A stretch of DNA of 64,000 bases, from contig CAWHDR010000001.1 of the NCBI GenBank assembly GCA_963828165.1, positions 1,760,001 through 1,824,000 on the forward strand, read 5' to 3'. Under the pieces are notes generated by a model that worked only from the letters and a program-made list of their open reading frames with translations, was not told the DNA's origin and did no database searches. The position numbers were made by a program, and so were the translations under genes. Below, in pieces: positions 22,148-32,813 of the stretch (position 1 is the stretch's first letter; each line of letters begins with the position of its first letter). This DNA comes from an uncultured Chloroflexia bacterium. Its GTDB lineage: Bacteria > Chloroflexota > Limnocylindria > Limnocylindrales > CSP1-4.

Positions 22148-23757
22148 CCGCCGAACCGGCCGACGTCCTGATCGTCGGCGCCGGAGCCTCGGGCGGGGTC
22201 GTGGCGCTGCGTCTGGCCGAGGCCGGCTTCTCCGTCGTGTGCCTCGAGCAGGGTGGCTGGCTCGACCGCGCGGACTACCCGGGTAACAAGCTCGACTGGG
22301 AGCTGAAGGCTCGCAAGGACTGGGCGACCAGCCCGAACATCCGGGGCCTCGCGGCGGACTACCCGATCGTCGAGGACGACACGCCCGTCTCGCCGCTGAT
22401 GTACAACGCCGTCGGCGGCTCCACGATCATCTTCGCGGGGGCCTGGCCGCGGGCGCTCCCGTCGGACTTCCGTGTCCGTTCGCTGGACGGGGTCGCCGAC
22501 GACTGGCCGATCGACTACTTCGAGCTCCTGCCGTACTTCTACCGGACCGACCGGCAGTTCGGCGTGTCGGGCCTGCCGGGAGATCCGGCCTACCCGCCGG
22601 ACACCGAGGACGCCCCGATGCCGCCGCTCCCCATCGGCGCGGCGGGTCTTCGCGTCGCCCGCGCGCAGACGAAGCTGGGCTGGCACTGGTGGCCGGAGTT
22701 CAATTCGATCAATTCGGCGCCCTATGACGGCCGGCGAGCGTGCGTCCAGCGCAGCACCTGCCAGTCGGGCTGCAACGAGGGCGCCAAGGCGTCGACCGAT
22801 CTGACCCACTGGCCGAAGGCCATCGCCCTGGGCGCCCGGCTGGTCACGGGCGCTCGCGTCCGCCGCATCGAGACCGACGCTTCGGGCCTGGCCACCGGCG
22901 CGACCTGGCTGGACGTGGACGGCGGCGAGCACTTCGAGCCGGCCAGGGTCGTCGTCGTCGCGGCCAACGCGATCGGCACGCCGCGCCTGCTGCTGAACTC
23001 CGCCAGCCCGGGCAACCCCGACGGCCTCGCGAACTCGTCCGGCCTCGTCGGGAAGCGGCTGATGATGCATCCCTTCGCCAACGTCGCCGGGCTCTTCGAG
23101 GAGCCGCTGATGAGCTGGCAGGGCCAGTTCGGCGACCTCATCGAGTCGCTCGAGTTCTACGAGACCGACGAGAAGCGCGGCTTCGTCCGCGGGGCTCGGT
23201 GGGGCCTTGCGCCCACCGGTGGGCCGATCAACACGGCGCTTCCCAGCCGGGCCGGCGAGCAGGCCTGGGGTCCGGATCACCATACCCACGTCAAGAGCCA
23301 TCTCGGCCACGGCGCCAACTGGGGTCTGTTTGCCGAGGACCTGCCCGACGAGGCGAACCACATCACCATCTCGACGACGGTCACCGACTCGTCGGGGATC
23401 CCGGCGCCCGAGGTCCACTACCGGATGTCCGACAACTCGCGCCGGATGCTCGACTTCCATATCGAGCGGGCGAAGGAATCGATGGATGCCGCCGGCGCCT
23501 ACAAGATCGAGGTCGATCGGCTGATGCGCTACTCCGGCTGGCATCTCCTGGGCACGGCGAGGATGGGCGACGACCCGAAGACGTCCGTGCTGGACCGCTG
23601 GAACCGGGCCCACGACGTCGCGAATCTGTACGTGGTCGACGGCTCGTGCTTCGTCACGTCGACGGGCGTGAACCCCACGTCCACGATCGTCGCGATCGCC
23701 CTGCGGGCCGCCGACCACATGATCGAGACCCGCTTCGAGCAGCAGGTGCCGGTATGA
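22144..23757 (+). CDS. GMC family flavoprotein oxidoreductase
   Basis: IVGAGASGG, VGGST, C..C..GC, TPRLLL.S, HLLGTARMG, NPT. Confidence 0.92.
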   Translation: MTAEPADVLIVGAGASGGVVALRLAEAGFSVVCLEQGGWLDRADYPGNKLDWELKARKDWATSPNIRGLAADYPIVEDDTPVSPLMYNAVGGSTIIFAGAWPRALPSDFRVRSLDGVADDWPIDYFELLPYFYRTDRQFGVSGLPGDPAYPPDTEDAPMPPLPIGAAGLRVARAQTKLGWHWWPEFNSINSAPYDGRRACVQRSTCQSGCNEGAKASTDLTHWPKAIALGARLVTGARVRRIETDASGLATGATWLDVDGGEHFEPARVVVVAANAIGTPRLLLNSASPGNPDGLANSSGLVGKRLMMHPFANVAGLFEEPLMSWQGQFGDLIESLEFYETDEKRGFVRGARWGLAPTGGPINTALPSRAGEQAWGPDHHTHVKSHLGHGANWGLFAEDLPDEANHITISTTVTDSSGIPAPEVHYRMSDNSRRMLDFHIERAKESMDAAGAYKIEVDRLMRYSGWHLLGTARMGDDPKTSVLDRWNRAHDVANLYVVDGSCFVTSTGVNPTSTIVAIALRAADHMIETRFEQQVPV

Positions 23758-24359
23758 CCGCCGGGGCCGAGCAGACCGGAGCGCCGACCGACCTGACCGG
23801 CGGCATGCCGGCGACGGACGGCGCGGGCGAGCGGACGATCCTCAGCGCCGAGGAGCGCGCCACGTTCATGGCGATCGCCGACCACCTCATCCCGGCCGCG
23901 CACGGGATGCCGTCGGCGGCCGAGATCGTCACCGACGAACGGCTCCAGTTCGTGCTTCGCTCGAGGCCGGACCTCGGCGAGCCGCTCAAGGCCGCCCTCC
24001 GGACGGAGCTCGGCTCGGACGTGGCGGATCGCCTGGCCAAGCTCGCAGACGAGCCGACCAACCTGGCGGCGGCGCAGCTGACCATCGTCGCCGGCTACTA
24101 CACGGACAAGCGCGTTCGCGAGCTGATCGGCTATCCGGGTCAGATGGCGCTCGAGATCCGATCGTGGGAATACCCGGTCTATCTCGAAGAAGGGCTGATC
24201 GACGCCATGCTCGCTCGCGGGCCGGTGTGGCGTGACCCGGCGACCGGGCAACGGGCCGTTGCCACGGGCGCGCCGCGGACCTACGCAGAACGCTGGTCGG
24301 ATGCGAAGACGGACGCGACGTCGTCCGAAGGAGGAACCGATGGCCGCGATCGCCCCTGA
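23754..24359 (+). CDS. Gluconate-2-dehydrogenase subunit-3-like partner of the GMC enzyme
   Basis: AIADHLIP....PSA, GYYT...V...IGYPG; translationally coupled to the GMC gene. Confidence 0.7.
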   Translation: MTAGAEQTGAPTDLTGGMPATDGAGERTILSAEERATFMAIADHLIPAAHGMPSAAEIVTDERLQFVLRSRPDLGEPLKAALRTELGSDVADRLAKLADEPTNLAAAQLTIVAGYYTDKRVRELIGYPGQMALEIRSWEYPVYLEEGLIDAMLARGPVWRDPATGQRAVATGAPRTYAERWSDAKTDATSSEGGTDGRDRP

Positions 24360-25818
24360 CGCCACGGAGTCCGCGACACCGCGCTGGCTCGGGTCCTTCC
24401 TCGAAACGTGGGAGCCCGGCACGGGCGCCCCGATCGAGGACCGCGAGCCGGCGACCGGCCGGCATCTCGCGACCATCCCGGGCTCCACGCCCGACGATGT
24501 CGCGCGCGCGGCCGAGGCGGCGAAGGCCGCCCAGCCCGCCTGGGCCGCGACGAGCTACCAGGAACGGGCCCGCGTCCTGCGCCGGGCGGCCGAGATCTAC
24601 GAGGCGAACCGCGACGAGTTCGGGACGTGGACGCAGCGCGAGACCGGCGCGTCCCACAGCAAGATGCACCACGAGTCGAACTTCGCCTACCACGAGATCC
24701 TGAACGCGGCCACCCTGCCGTCGCAGGCCTACGGCTCCTTGATGCCCTCCGCGGTGAAAGGCCGCCTGTCGATGGTCCGCCGCGTACCCGCGGGCGTCAT
24801 CGGCGCGATCACGCCATGGAATTCCCCGTCCGTCCTCGGGATGCGCGTCGTTGCTCCGGCGCTCGCGCTCGGCAATGCGGTCGTGCTCAAGCCCGATCCG
24901 CAGACACCGGTCGTGGGCGGCGCGATGTTCGCGGCGGTCTTCCGAGAGGCGGGGCTGCCCGAGGGCCTGCTCCAGGTCGTGGTCGGCGGCGCGGACGTCG
25001 GCGAGGCGCTGGTCACCGACCCGAACATCCCGGTCGTGTCGTTCACGGGGTCGACGGCCGTCGGGCGGCGGGTCGGCCAGCTGGCCGGCGGCATGTTGAA
25101 GAAGGTGTCGCTGGAGCTCGGGGGGAACAACGCGTTCATCGTGCTCGACGACGCGGATCTCGACGCCGCGACGTCCGCGGGCGCGTTCGCGGCATTCCAG
25201 TTCCAGGGCCAGGTCTGTTTCGCCGCGGGACGTCACCTCGTCGACCGCAGGCTCGCGGACGACTACACCGGTGTCCTGACCGAGAAGGCGAAGCGCCTGC
25301 GGACCGGCGACCCGTTCCGCGAGGACGTGCAGCTGGGGCCGATCGTGAATGAGCGGCAGATCGCCCGCGTCGATGACATCGTCCAGCGCTCGATCGCCGC
25401 GGGCGCCGTCGTCTCCGAGGGCGCCACCCGCGAAGGCCTGTTCTATCGACCGACCGTGCTCACGTCGGTCACGCCGGACATGGCCGCGTTCACCGACGAG
25501 ATCTTCGGCCCGGTGGCGCCGATCACGGTCTTCGACAGCGACGACGAGGCGATCGAGCTTGCCAACGCGAGCTCGTACGGCCTCGTGGCGTCGATCTACA
25601 CACGCTCCCTCGGTCGCGGCCTGGCGATGGCCGACCGGATGCGGACCGGCATGGTCCACATCAATGACGGCACGCTCAACGACGAGGCGATCATCCCGTT
25701 CGGCGGGATGGGCGATTCCGGCAACGGCAGCCGCTACGGGGGAGAGGCGAGCCTCGACACGTTCACCGAATGGCAATGGGTCACGGTGCGCGACGAGCCG
25801 CCGACGTTCCCGTTCTGA
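24340..25818 (+). CDS. Aldehyde dehydrogenase (benzaldehyde dehydrogenase-like)
   Basis: ITPWN, FTGST, LELGGN, QGQVC, EIFGPV, PFGG.G.SG. Confidence 0.92.
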   Translation: MAAIAPDATESATPRWLGSFLETWEPGTGAPIEDREPATGRHLATIPGSTPDDVARAAEAAKAAQPAWAATSYQERARVLRRAAEIYEANRDEFGTWTQRETGASHSKMHHESNFAYHEILNAATLPSQAYGSLMPSAVKGRLSMVRRVPAGVIGAITPWNSPSVLGMRVVAPALALGNAVVLKPDPQTPVVGGAMFAAVFREAGLPEGLLQVVVGGADVGEALVTDPNIPVVSFTGSTAVGRRVGQLAGGMLKKVSLELGGNNAFIVLDDADLDAATSAGAFAAFQFQGQVCFAAGRHLVDRRLADDYTGVLTEKAKRLRTGDPFREDVQLGPIVNERQIARVDDIVQRSIAAGAVVSEGATREGLFYRPTVLTSVTPDMAAFTDEIFGPVAPITVFDSDDEAIELANASSYGLVASIYTRSLGRGLAMADRMRTGMVHINDGTLNDEAIIPFGGMGDSGNGSRYGGEASLDTFTEWQWVTVRDEPPTFPF

Positions 25819-25829
25819 GCGCGATCGAC

Positions 25830-26894
25830 ATGGCATCGATCACCGACGTCGCCAGGCTGGCCGGGGTCTCCACGGCCACGGTCTCAAGGGTCGTCTCGTC
25901 CGCGCCGTACGCCGTCAGCGACGGCACACGCAAGCGGGTCCTGGACGCGGCGCGCGCGCTCGACTACGTCCCGAACGCGCTGGCACGCGGCCTGCACAAG
26001 AGCCACGTGCCGGTCGTCGGCGTCATCGTCCACGACATCACGGACCCGTACTTCGCCGAGGTCGTGCGCGGCGTCGAGGACGCGGCGTCGGTCGGTGGTT
26101 TTCTGGTCGTCACCTGCAGCTCGGACCGGATCGCGGAGCGTGAGCTCTCGTATGTGCGGCTGCTTCGATCGATGCGTGCGGCGACCGTCATCTTTGCGGG
26201 CAGCGGCCTGACCGATCCGGTGCTCAACGCGGAAGTGGCCCGGCACGTGGCCGCGATGCGCGGGTATGGCGCAGCCGTCGTGCATCTCTCGCCGCATGCC
26301 GCAGGGAACGCCGACATCGGCGTGGACAATGCCGCCGGGATCGCGGGGATGGTCGCCGCCTTGGTGGAGCTGGGCCATCGCCGCATCGCGTTCCTCGCCG
26401 GCCCGGCCTCGCTGTACGTGTCGCTCCGCCGGCAGGAGGGCTACCGCCGCGGCCTCGCCGAGGCCGGCATCGCCTACGACGAGCGACTGGTCGTGAGCAC
26501 TGAGTTCAACCAGGACGGGGGCTCCCTTGGCATCGATGCGCTGCTCGCGGGCGAGGCGCCATTCACGGCGGTCTGCGCGGCCAACGACCTGCTGGCGCTC
26601 GGGGCGATGGAGCGGCTGGGCGCCGTGGGCATCGACGTTCCGAGGGAGGTCTCCGTCGCCGGGTTCGACGACATCCAGATCGCGGCGATGGCCACGCCCG
26701 GCCTGTCCACGGTGCGGCTCCCCCTGCACGAGATCGGTCGTCGCGCGTTCGGCTTCGCGGAGAGCCTGCTTGCCGGGGGAGAGCCCAAAGGCGAGGTGCT
26801 CCCGACCGAGCTCGTCATGCGCGGATCGACCGCGCCGCCGCCTGACAGCCCGGTCGAGCGGCGCGAACGCGGCACCCCCGTCGTGGTCGGCTGA
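25830..26894 (+). CDS. LacI family transcriptional regulator
   Basis: SITDVARLAGVSTATVSRV, Y.PN..A..L, VSVAGFDD. Confidence 0.95.
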   Translation: MASITDVARLAGVSTATVSRVVSSAPYAVSDGTRKRVLDAARALDYVPNALARGLHKSHVPVVGVIVHDITDPYFAEVVRGVEDAASVGGFLVVTCSSDRIAERELSYVRLLRSMRAATVIFAGSGLTDPVLNAEVARHVAAMRGYGAAVVHLSPHAAGNADIGVDNAAGIAGMVAALVELGHRRIAFLAGPASLYVSLRRQEGYRRGLAEAGIAYDERLVVSTEFNQDGGSLGIDALLAGEAPFTAVCAANDLLALGAMERLGAVGIDVPREVSVAGFDDIQIAAMATPGLSTVRLPLHEIGRRAFGFAESLLAGGEPKGEVLPTELVMRGSTAPPPDSPVERRERGTPVVVG

Positions 26895-27649
26895 TGGCCG
26901 GAGCGCTGGCGGGTCGGGTCGTCCTGATCACCGGGAGCAGCCGCGGCATCGGTGCCGAGGTGGCCGTGAAGGCCGCCGCCGAAGGCGCGTCGGTTGCCGT
27001 CCACTACCACCGCTCGGAGGACGGCGCCAAGGACACCCTTGCGCAGGTCCGCGACGCCGGCGCCGATGGCGCGATCTTCGACGCCGACGTGGCCGACGGC
27101 CGGCAGGCGGGTCAGCTGGTCGAGCGGGTGATCGCCCACTTCGGGCGGGTGGACGGCCTGGTCAACAACGCCGGTCTGACGCAGGTGGGTCCGTTCCTCG
27201 AGATCGAGCCAGAGCAATGGGACGAGGTGATCCGGACCGACCTCACCGCCGCGTTCCACACCTGTCAGGCCGTGCTGCCGTCCATGGTCGAGCGGGGCAG
27301 CGGCACCATCGTCAACATCGCCTCGCGCCTGGGCCAGATGGGGGTCCCCGAGACCGCCGCCTATAGCGCCGCGAAGGCCGGCCTGATCGGGCTCACCCGT
27401 GCCCTCGGCCGCGAATTCGGCCCGCACGGCATCCGCGTGAATGCCGTGGCGCCCGGCGTGACGATCACCGAGATGACGACCGACCTCGTCGACAGCGAGG
27501 CGGGCCGGCAACGGCTGCGTGACATGCCGTTGGGCCGCTTCGGGCGCGCGGACGAGGTGGCGGACACGGTCATCTTCCTGCTGTCCGATGCCTCCAGCCT
27601 GTTCCTCGGGCAGACCCTCAACCCGAATGCCGGGGGCTACATGCCGTGA
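26894..27649 (+). CDS. SDR family oxidoreductase (FabG-like)
   Basis: TGSSRGIG, NNAG, YSAAK, VNAVAPG. Confidence 0.92.
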   Translation: MAGALAGRVVLITGSSRGIGAEVAVKAAAEGASVAVHYHRSEDGAKDTLAQVRDAGADGAIFDADVADGRQAGQLVERVIAHFGRVDGLVNNAGLTQVGPFLEIEPEQWDEVIRTDLTAAFHTCQAVLPSMVERGSGTIVNIASRLGQMGVPETAAYSAAKAGLIGLTRALGREFGPHGIRVNAVAPGVTITEMTTDLVDSEAGRQRLRDMPLGRFGRADEVADTVIFLLSDASSLFLGQTLNPNAGGYMP

Positions 27650-29205
27650 CCAAGATCATCGACGTCCGGGAGGCAGTCGGCTGCGTCAAGGACGGCAGCA
27701 CGGTCGTGATCGGCGGCTCCGGCGCGGGCCACGCCTTGCCGCAACGCTTCATCGACGAGCTGGCTGCGGTCTATGCCGCCGAGGGCCGGCCGCGCGACCT
27801 CACCACGGTCCGCGTCGTGGGCATCGGCGATTTCGCGGACCGCGGGTTCTCGCAGCTCGGCCTGCCGGGCCTCATGCGACGCACGATCGGCAGCAACATC
27901 GGGAACGAGCCTCGCCTCGGCGCGCTCGTGGAGGCGGACGAGATCGAGTCCTACTCGTTCCCGCAGGGCGTGCTGTCGCAGCTGATGCGCGAGATCGCGG
28001 GCGGACGGCCGGGCCTCGTGACCCAGGTCGGCCTGGGCACGTACGTCGACCCGCGCCAGACCGGCGGCAAGCAGAACGCGTCCACGACGGACGACCTCGT
28101 CGAGGTCGTCACGCTGCGTGGCCGCGAGTGGCTCCTCTATCACGCGTTCCCGATCGACGTCGCCGTCATCCGGGGCACGACCGCCGACGAGGACGGCAAC
28201 ATCACGATGGAGGGCGAGGCCGTCCAGGGCGAGATGCTCGCCATGGCCATGGCCGCTCGCAACAGCGGCGGCATCGTCATCGCGCAGGTCCGCCAGCTCG
28301 CGACCCGCGGCAGCCTGCGGATGCGCGACGTGAAGGTGCCGGCGGCACTGGTCGACCACGTCTACGTCGATCCCGATCAATGGCAGACCTACATCACCCA
28401 GGACTCGCCGTACTACTCGGGCGCGGCTCGCCGGCCGGTCCGGCCGGAGCCGCCACTGCCGCTCGACGTCCGCAAGGTCATCGCCCGGCGCTCGCTGCTC
28501 GAATTCCCGCGCGGGGCCATCTGCAATCTCGGTTTCGGGATCAGCCAGCTCATCGGCCGCGTCGCCTGGGAGGAGGGCATCACCGATCAGCTGGTGCTGA
28601 CCGTCGAGCAGGGCATCTTCGGCGGCGTGCCTGTCGCGGGGAACGAGGGCGGTGCCGGCTTCAACTACCAGGCGATGATCGACCAGCCGTACATGTTCGA
28701 CTTCTACGACGGTGGCGGCCTCGACGTCGCCAGCCTGTCCTTCGCGGAGGTGGACCAGGAGGGCAACGTCAATGTCCACGCGTTCGAGGGGCGGGTTCGC
28801 GGGCCGGGCGGCTTCCCCAACATCAGCGCACGGACGGGCAAGATCAATTTCGTCGGGACGCTGACCGCGCGGGGCCTCGAGATCGAGATCGACGGCGGGG
28901 TGCGGATCGCGACCGAGGGCAGCCTCGGCAAGTTCGTGCCGAAGGTCCGCGAGATCTCGTTCAACGCCCGGCTCGCGCGCGAGCGCGGGCAGCAGGTCCG
29001 CTACATCACCGAACGCGCGGTGTTCGCGCTCGAGGACGACGGGCTGGTGCTCATCGAGGTCGCACCCGGCATCGACATGGAACGTGATGTCCTCGGTCAG
29101 ATGGGCTTCGTGCCCCGGGTGGCCGAGGACGTGCGGCCGATGGACCCGCGGATCTACGCGACCGGACCGATGGGCCTCGCGGCCGATCTCGGGGCTGGCT
29201 CGTGA
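27646..29205 (+). CDS. Family I CoA-transferase (YdiF/propionate CoA-transferase-like, fused alpha-beta)
   Basis: PQG, VGLGTYVDPR..GG, NLGFGI, catalytic Glu in TVEQG, GNVNV, YITERAVF. Confidence 0.9.
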   Translation: MTKIIDVREAVGCVKDGSTVVIGGSGAGHALPQRFIDELAAVYAAEGRPRDLTTVRVVGIGDFADRGFSQLGLPGLMRRTIGSNIGNEPRLGALVEADEIESYSFPQGVLSQLMREIAGGRPGLVTQVGLGTYVDPRQTGGKQNASTTDDLVEVVTLRGREWLLYHAFPIDVAVIRGTTADEDGNITMEGEAVQGEMLAMAMAARNSGGIVIAQVRQLATRGSLRMRDVKVPAALVDHVYVDPDQWQTYITQDSPYYSGAARRPVRPEPPLPLDVRKVIARRSLLEFPRGAICNLGFGISQLIGRVAWEEGITDQLVLTVEQGIFGGVPVAGNEGGAGFNYQAMIDQPYMFDFYDGGGLDVASLSFAEVDQEGNVNVHAFEGRVRGPGGFPNISARTGKINFVGTLTARGLEIEIDGGVRIATEGSLGKFVPKVREISFNARLARERGQQVRYITERAVFALEDDGLVLIEVAPGIDMERDVLGQMGFVPRVAEDVRPMDPRIYATGPMGLAADLGAGS

Positions 29206-29984
29206 CCGAACCGCTCATCGACCTCCAGATGGGACGGGTCGCGCGGCTGACGCTCGTCAACCCGCCACTCAACCTCGTGACGCGCGAGTTGCTGGAGGCG
29301 TTCGGGGCGGCACTCGACGCGCTGGAGGCCGCCGAGCCCGGCGACGTCCGGGCCGTCGTCGTGACCGGGACCGGCGAGCGGGCCTTCTCCGCGGGCTCGC
29401 ACGTCGGCGAGTTCGAGAGCCAGCGCGGCCCTGCCGGGCGCGCGCGGCACGAGCTGGAGTCGGGCGTCGCACGGCGGCTGGCCGAGCTGCCGATGCCGAC
29501 CATTGCCGGGATCGAGGGCAACGCCCTGGGCGGCGGGCTCGAGCTCGCCCTGTGCTGCGACCTTCGGATCGCGTCCGAACGCGCCCGGCTCGGGCTGCCG
29601 GAGGTGCGCCTCGCAGTCACACCGGGGGCCGGCGGTACGCAACGCCTGCCGCGGGTGGTCGGAGCCGCGCGGGCCAAGGAGCTGATCCTGACCGGCCGGG
29701 TCCTGAGCGCCGCCGAAGCCGAGCGCATCGGCCTCGTCAATGAGGTCGTGCCGGCCGGCGAGGCCGTTGCCCGAGCCACGGCGATCGGCGAGGAGATCGC
29801 CCTGCGCGGCCCCCTCGCCGTGCGCGAGGCGAAGCGCCTCATCGACCAGGCCACGGAGCTCGACCTGGACGCCGGCCTGGCCGCCGAGCTGGACGCGTCC
29901 GACCGGATCTTCGCGACCGACGACATGCTCGAGGGCGCCGATGCGTTCTTCGCCAAGCGCGACCCGGACTACCGCGGCCGATGA
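29202..29984 (+). CDS. Enoyl-CoA hydratase/isomerase
   Basis: AFSAG, ALGGGLELAL.CD.R, LPEV, GGTQRLPR. Confidence 0.92.
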   Translation: MTEPLIDLQMGRVARLTLVNPPLNLVTRELLEAFGAALDALEAAEPGDVRAVVVTGTGERAFSAGSHVGEFESQRGPAGRARHELESGVARRLAELPMPTIAGIEGNALGGGLELALCCDLRIASERARLGLPEVRLAVTPGAGGTQRLPRVVGAARAKELILTGRVLSAAEAERIGLVNEVVPAGEAVARATAIGEEIALRGPLAVREAKRLIDQATELDLDAGLAAELDASDRIFATDDMLEGADAFFAKRDPDYRGR

Positions 29985-30017
29985 GGCCGCTCCCCATCAC
30001 TCGGAGGTGGCTCGTTC

Positions 30018-31082
30018 ATGGCTGACGTGGGCCGATTCGGCGTCTTCCTGCCGTCGTACATCTGGGAGGGCGACGGACCGGAGCGCGCTCGCGGCATCAA
30101 GGACTTCGCCCGCACGGTCGAGGACCTGGGCTTCGATTCGCTGTTCATCACCGACCACCTGCTGGTCGGCAAGCGCTTCTACTCGGTCAACTGGCTCGAA
30201 CCCCTGACCACCCTGGCGGTGGCGGCGGGTGCGACGGAGCGGGTGCGACTCGGTACGTCGGTCCTCGTGATGCCGCTGCGCAACCCCGTGATCCTCGCCA
30301 AGGAGCTGGCGACCCTCCAGTTCCTCAGTGACAACCGGGTCATCCTCGGCGCCGGGGTCGGCTGGAACGATGCCGAGTACGAGGCCGTCGGCGTCCACAA
30401 GTCGGAGCGAGGCAAGCGCACTGACGAGATGCTCGACATCATGATGCCGCTGCTCGAGGGCGAGCGCGTCACCTACCATGGCCAGTTCTACACGGTCGAC
30501 GACGTGTTCATCGAGCCGCGCACGACACAGCGCCCCCTGCTCTGGATCGGCGGCGGCTCGCAGCTCGCCTCGCCCAAGTCACCGGACCTGCCGAAGTTCG
30601 TCGAGTCGGTCAAGCGCAGGACCGTCCGCTCCGACGGCTGGATCCCGCGGCCGACGTGCCCGCCACCCGACATCGCCCGCGACTGGTTGGAGCTGCAGGC
30701 CGCGATGCGCGAGTCCGGCAAGGACCCGAGCGAGACGCTCGTTGCCCACGAGAACTTCCTGCACCTGGTCATGACCGACGACCCGGCCGAGGCTCGCCGC
30801 CAACAGCACGAGGCGTTCCTCAAGGTCATGAGCGCGGAACGCGGGCCCGAATACCTTGAGTCGGTCTACCTGTTCGGGACACCGGATGAGATCGTGGCCT
30901 CCCTCCAGGCTCGCGTGGACGCCGGCGTCGAGTACTTCTTCCTGCACACGATGACCCCCGACCCGGCGCAGCTCCAGCTGTGGGTCGACCACATCATCCC
31001 GAACGTCACGTTCCCGGCGACCGCTGGCCCGGTCCGTCGGCCTCCGACGCCGTGGCGGCGCTCGGCCGCCGCCATCGGATGA
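30018..31082 (+). CDS. LLM class flavin/F420-dependent oxidoreductase
   Basis: EDLGFDS....DH, EP..TL...A..T.RV.LGT.V, G.G.GW...EY. Confidence 0.88.
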   Translation: MADVGRFGVFLPSYIWEGDGPERARGIKDFARTVEDLGFDSLFITDHLLVGKRFYSVNWLEPLTTLAVAAGATERVRLGTSVLVMPLRNPVILAKELATLQFLSDNRVILGAGVGWNDAEYEAVGVHKSERGKRTDEMLDIMMPLLEGERVTYHGQFYTVDDVFIEPRTTQRPLLWIGGGSQLASPKSPDLPKFVESVKRRTVRSDGWIPRPTCPPPDIARDWLELQAAMRESGKDPSETLVAHENFLHLVMTDDPAEARRQQHEAFLKVMSAERGPEYLESVYLFGTPDEIVASLQARVDAGVEYFFLHTMTPDPAQLQLWVDHIIPNVTFPATAGPVRRPPTPWRRSAAAIG

Positions 31083-31086
31083 TCCG

Positions 31087-31941
31087 ATGACCCGTCGGGT
31101 CGGCCTCATCGGGAAGCCGCTCAAGCGCCGCCACTCGCAGGTCATGCATGACGCCGCGTTCGACGCGGCCGGCATCGATGCGCGCTACGTCCTGCTCGAA
31201 GTGGAGCCCGAGGCGGTCGAGCCGGCCGTCCAGGAAGCGCGCGGCGAGGGCTGGCTCGGGCTTGGCGTGACCGCGCCGTACAAACGCGTCGTCGCCGGCC
31301 TCGTCGACACCGTCGAGGACGACGCCGAGCGGATCGGCGCGGTCAACAACGTCGTCCGCGAGGACGACGGTCGGCTGATCGGCATCAACACCGATGCGCC
31401 GGGATTCCGGGCCGGGGCCGAGCTTGCGATGGGGCGATCGCTCTCGGGCGCTACCGTCGTCGTGGTGGGTGCGGGCGGCGCAGCGCACGCGGTCGTGTAT
31501 GCCTGCCTCGACGCCGGCGCGCGCTGGGTGACGATCGCAAATCGCACCGATTCGACCGCGAAGGCCCTCGCCGATCGCTTCCTCGGCGTCGGGCAGGGGA
31601 GTGTGGCCATCCCTTCATCGGGACTCGTCTTCGAGGCGGCGCTCGCGGGGGCCGACCTGGCCGTCAATGCGACGACCGTCGGCATGCTCGATCCCGGCAT
31701 GACGATCCCGGTCGAGCTCCTGCCGGATTCGGCGACCGTGTTCGATCTCGTCTACGTGCCGGCCGAGACCCCGCTCGTCGCCGCGGCCCGGGCTCGCGGT
31801 CTGCGGGCGGCCAACGGGTCGGAGATGCTCATCGCCCAGGCCGCGATCGCCTTCCAGCGATGGACGGGGGTAGGCGGCATGGCCGACGTCATGCGCACGG
31901 CCGTGGCGCCGCTCCTCGCCGACCCCACGGTCCGGGCCTGA
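31087..31941 (+). CDS. Shikimate dehydrogenase family protein (divergent AroE-like)
   Basis: VT.PYK, GAVN, NTD, GAGGAA, NRT, D.VY.P.ETP, NG..ML..QA. Confidence 0.85.
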   Translation: MTRRVGLIGKPLKRRHSQVMHDAAFDAAGIDARYVLLEVEPEAVEPAVQEARGEGWLGLGVTAPYKRVVAGLVDTVEDDAERIGAVNNVVREDDGRLIGINTDAPGFRAGAELAMGRSLSGATVVVVGAGGAAHAVVYACLDAGARWVTIANRTDSTAKALADRFLGVGQGSVAIPSSGLVFEAALAGADLAVNATTVGMLDPGMTIPVELLPDSATVFDLVYVPAETPLVAAARARGLRAANGSEMLIAQAAIAFQRWTGVGGMADVMRTAVAPLLADPTVRA

Positions 31942-31945
31942 CGCC

Positions 31946-32791
31946 GTGCGCCTGGCCACCATCCTCGTCGAAGGGCGGCCGCAGGCGGCCGTGGTGCGCG
32001 ACGACGACCGGGTCGTCCCCATCGACACGCGGGCGACCGGGCTCGCCGGGATGCGAGCCATCGCGGCCGGCGGCGCCCCGGCCCTCGACCGCCTCGGGGC
32101 GTGGCTGGACGCCCAGCCGGCCGAGGCCGGTCGGCCACTCGACGCGGTCACGCTCGGCCCGGCCGTCGCAGACCCCGGCGCGATCTACACGGTCGGCCTC
32201 AACTACGACGGTGCTGGGGCGTCACCCCGGCCCGAGCGCCCGCTCATCTACGGCAAGGCCGCTGCCTCGGTCGCCGGCCATGGCGCGACGCTCACGTGGG
32301 ACCGCGCCGTCACGGACGACGTCGATGCCGAGATCGAGCTCGGCATCGTCATCGGGGCACCGGCCTTCCGGGTCACGTCGGAGGAGGCGATGCGCCACGT
32401 CTTCGGCTACACCTGCATCAACGACGTTTCGGCGCGCGACGAGCGCCTGGACGGAGACCAATGGATGCTTGGCAAGTCGATGCCCGGGTTCTGCCCGGTC
32501 GGCCCGTGGATCGTGACGGCGGATGCCTTCGATCCCGCCAACGTCGCGCTCCGCTGCACGATCGACGGTGAGCCGATCCAGGAGGGCCGAACCTCGTCGA
32601 TGCGTTTCGGCATCGCGGAGATCGTCGCCTACCTCAGCCAGCACCTGGAGCTGCGGCCGGGGGACCTCATCGCGACCGGTACGCCGGTCCGGCTGGCCAC
32701 GCCGCCCGGACCCGAACGCCGCCTGCGAGCCGGCGATACCGTGACCGTCTCGATCGAGGGGATCGGACGCCTGACGACGACCATCGCCTGA
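31946..32791 (+). CDS. Fumarylacetoacetate hydrolase family protein
   Basis: GLNY, D.E.ELG.VIG, NDVSARD, GKS...F.P.GP, PGDLI.TGTP. Confidence 0.9.
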   Translation: MRLATILVEGRPQAAVVRDDDRVVPIDTRATGLAGMRAIAAGGAPALDRLGAWLDAQPAEAGRPLDAVTLGPAVADPGAIYTVGLNYDGAGASPRPERPLIYGKAAASVAGHGATLTWDRAVTDDVDAEIELGIVIGAPAFRVTSEEAMRHVFGYTCINDVSARDERLDGDQWMLGKSMPGFCPVGPWIVTADAFDPANVALRCTIDGEPIQEGRTSSMRFGIAEIVAYLSQHLELRPGDLIATGTPVRLATPPGPERRLRAGDTVTVSIEGIGRLTTTIA

Positions 32792-32813
32792 CCGGGCACG
32801 AGGAGGACCATCG

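Noticed and set aside
21206-31941. Housekeeping dapA and aroE assignments
   Set aside because: Substrate motifs diverge and the context is catabolic, so gene symbols were withheld
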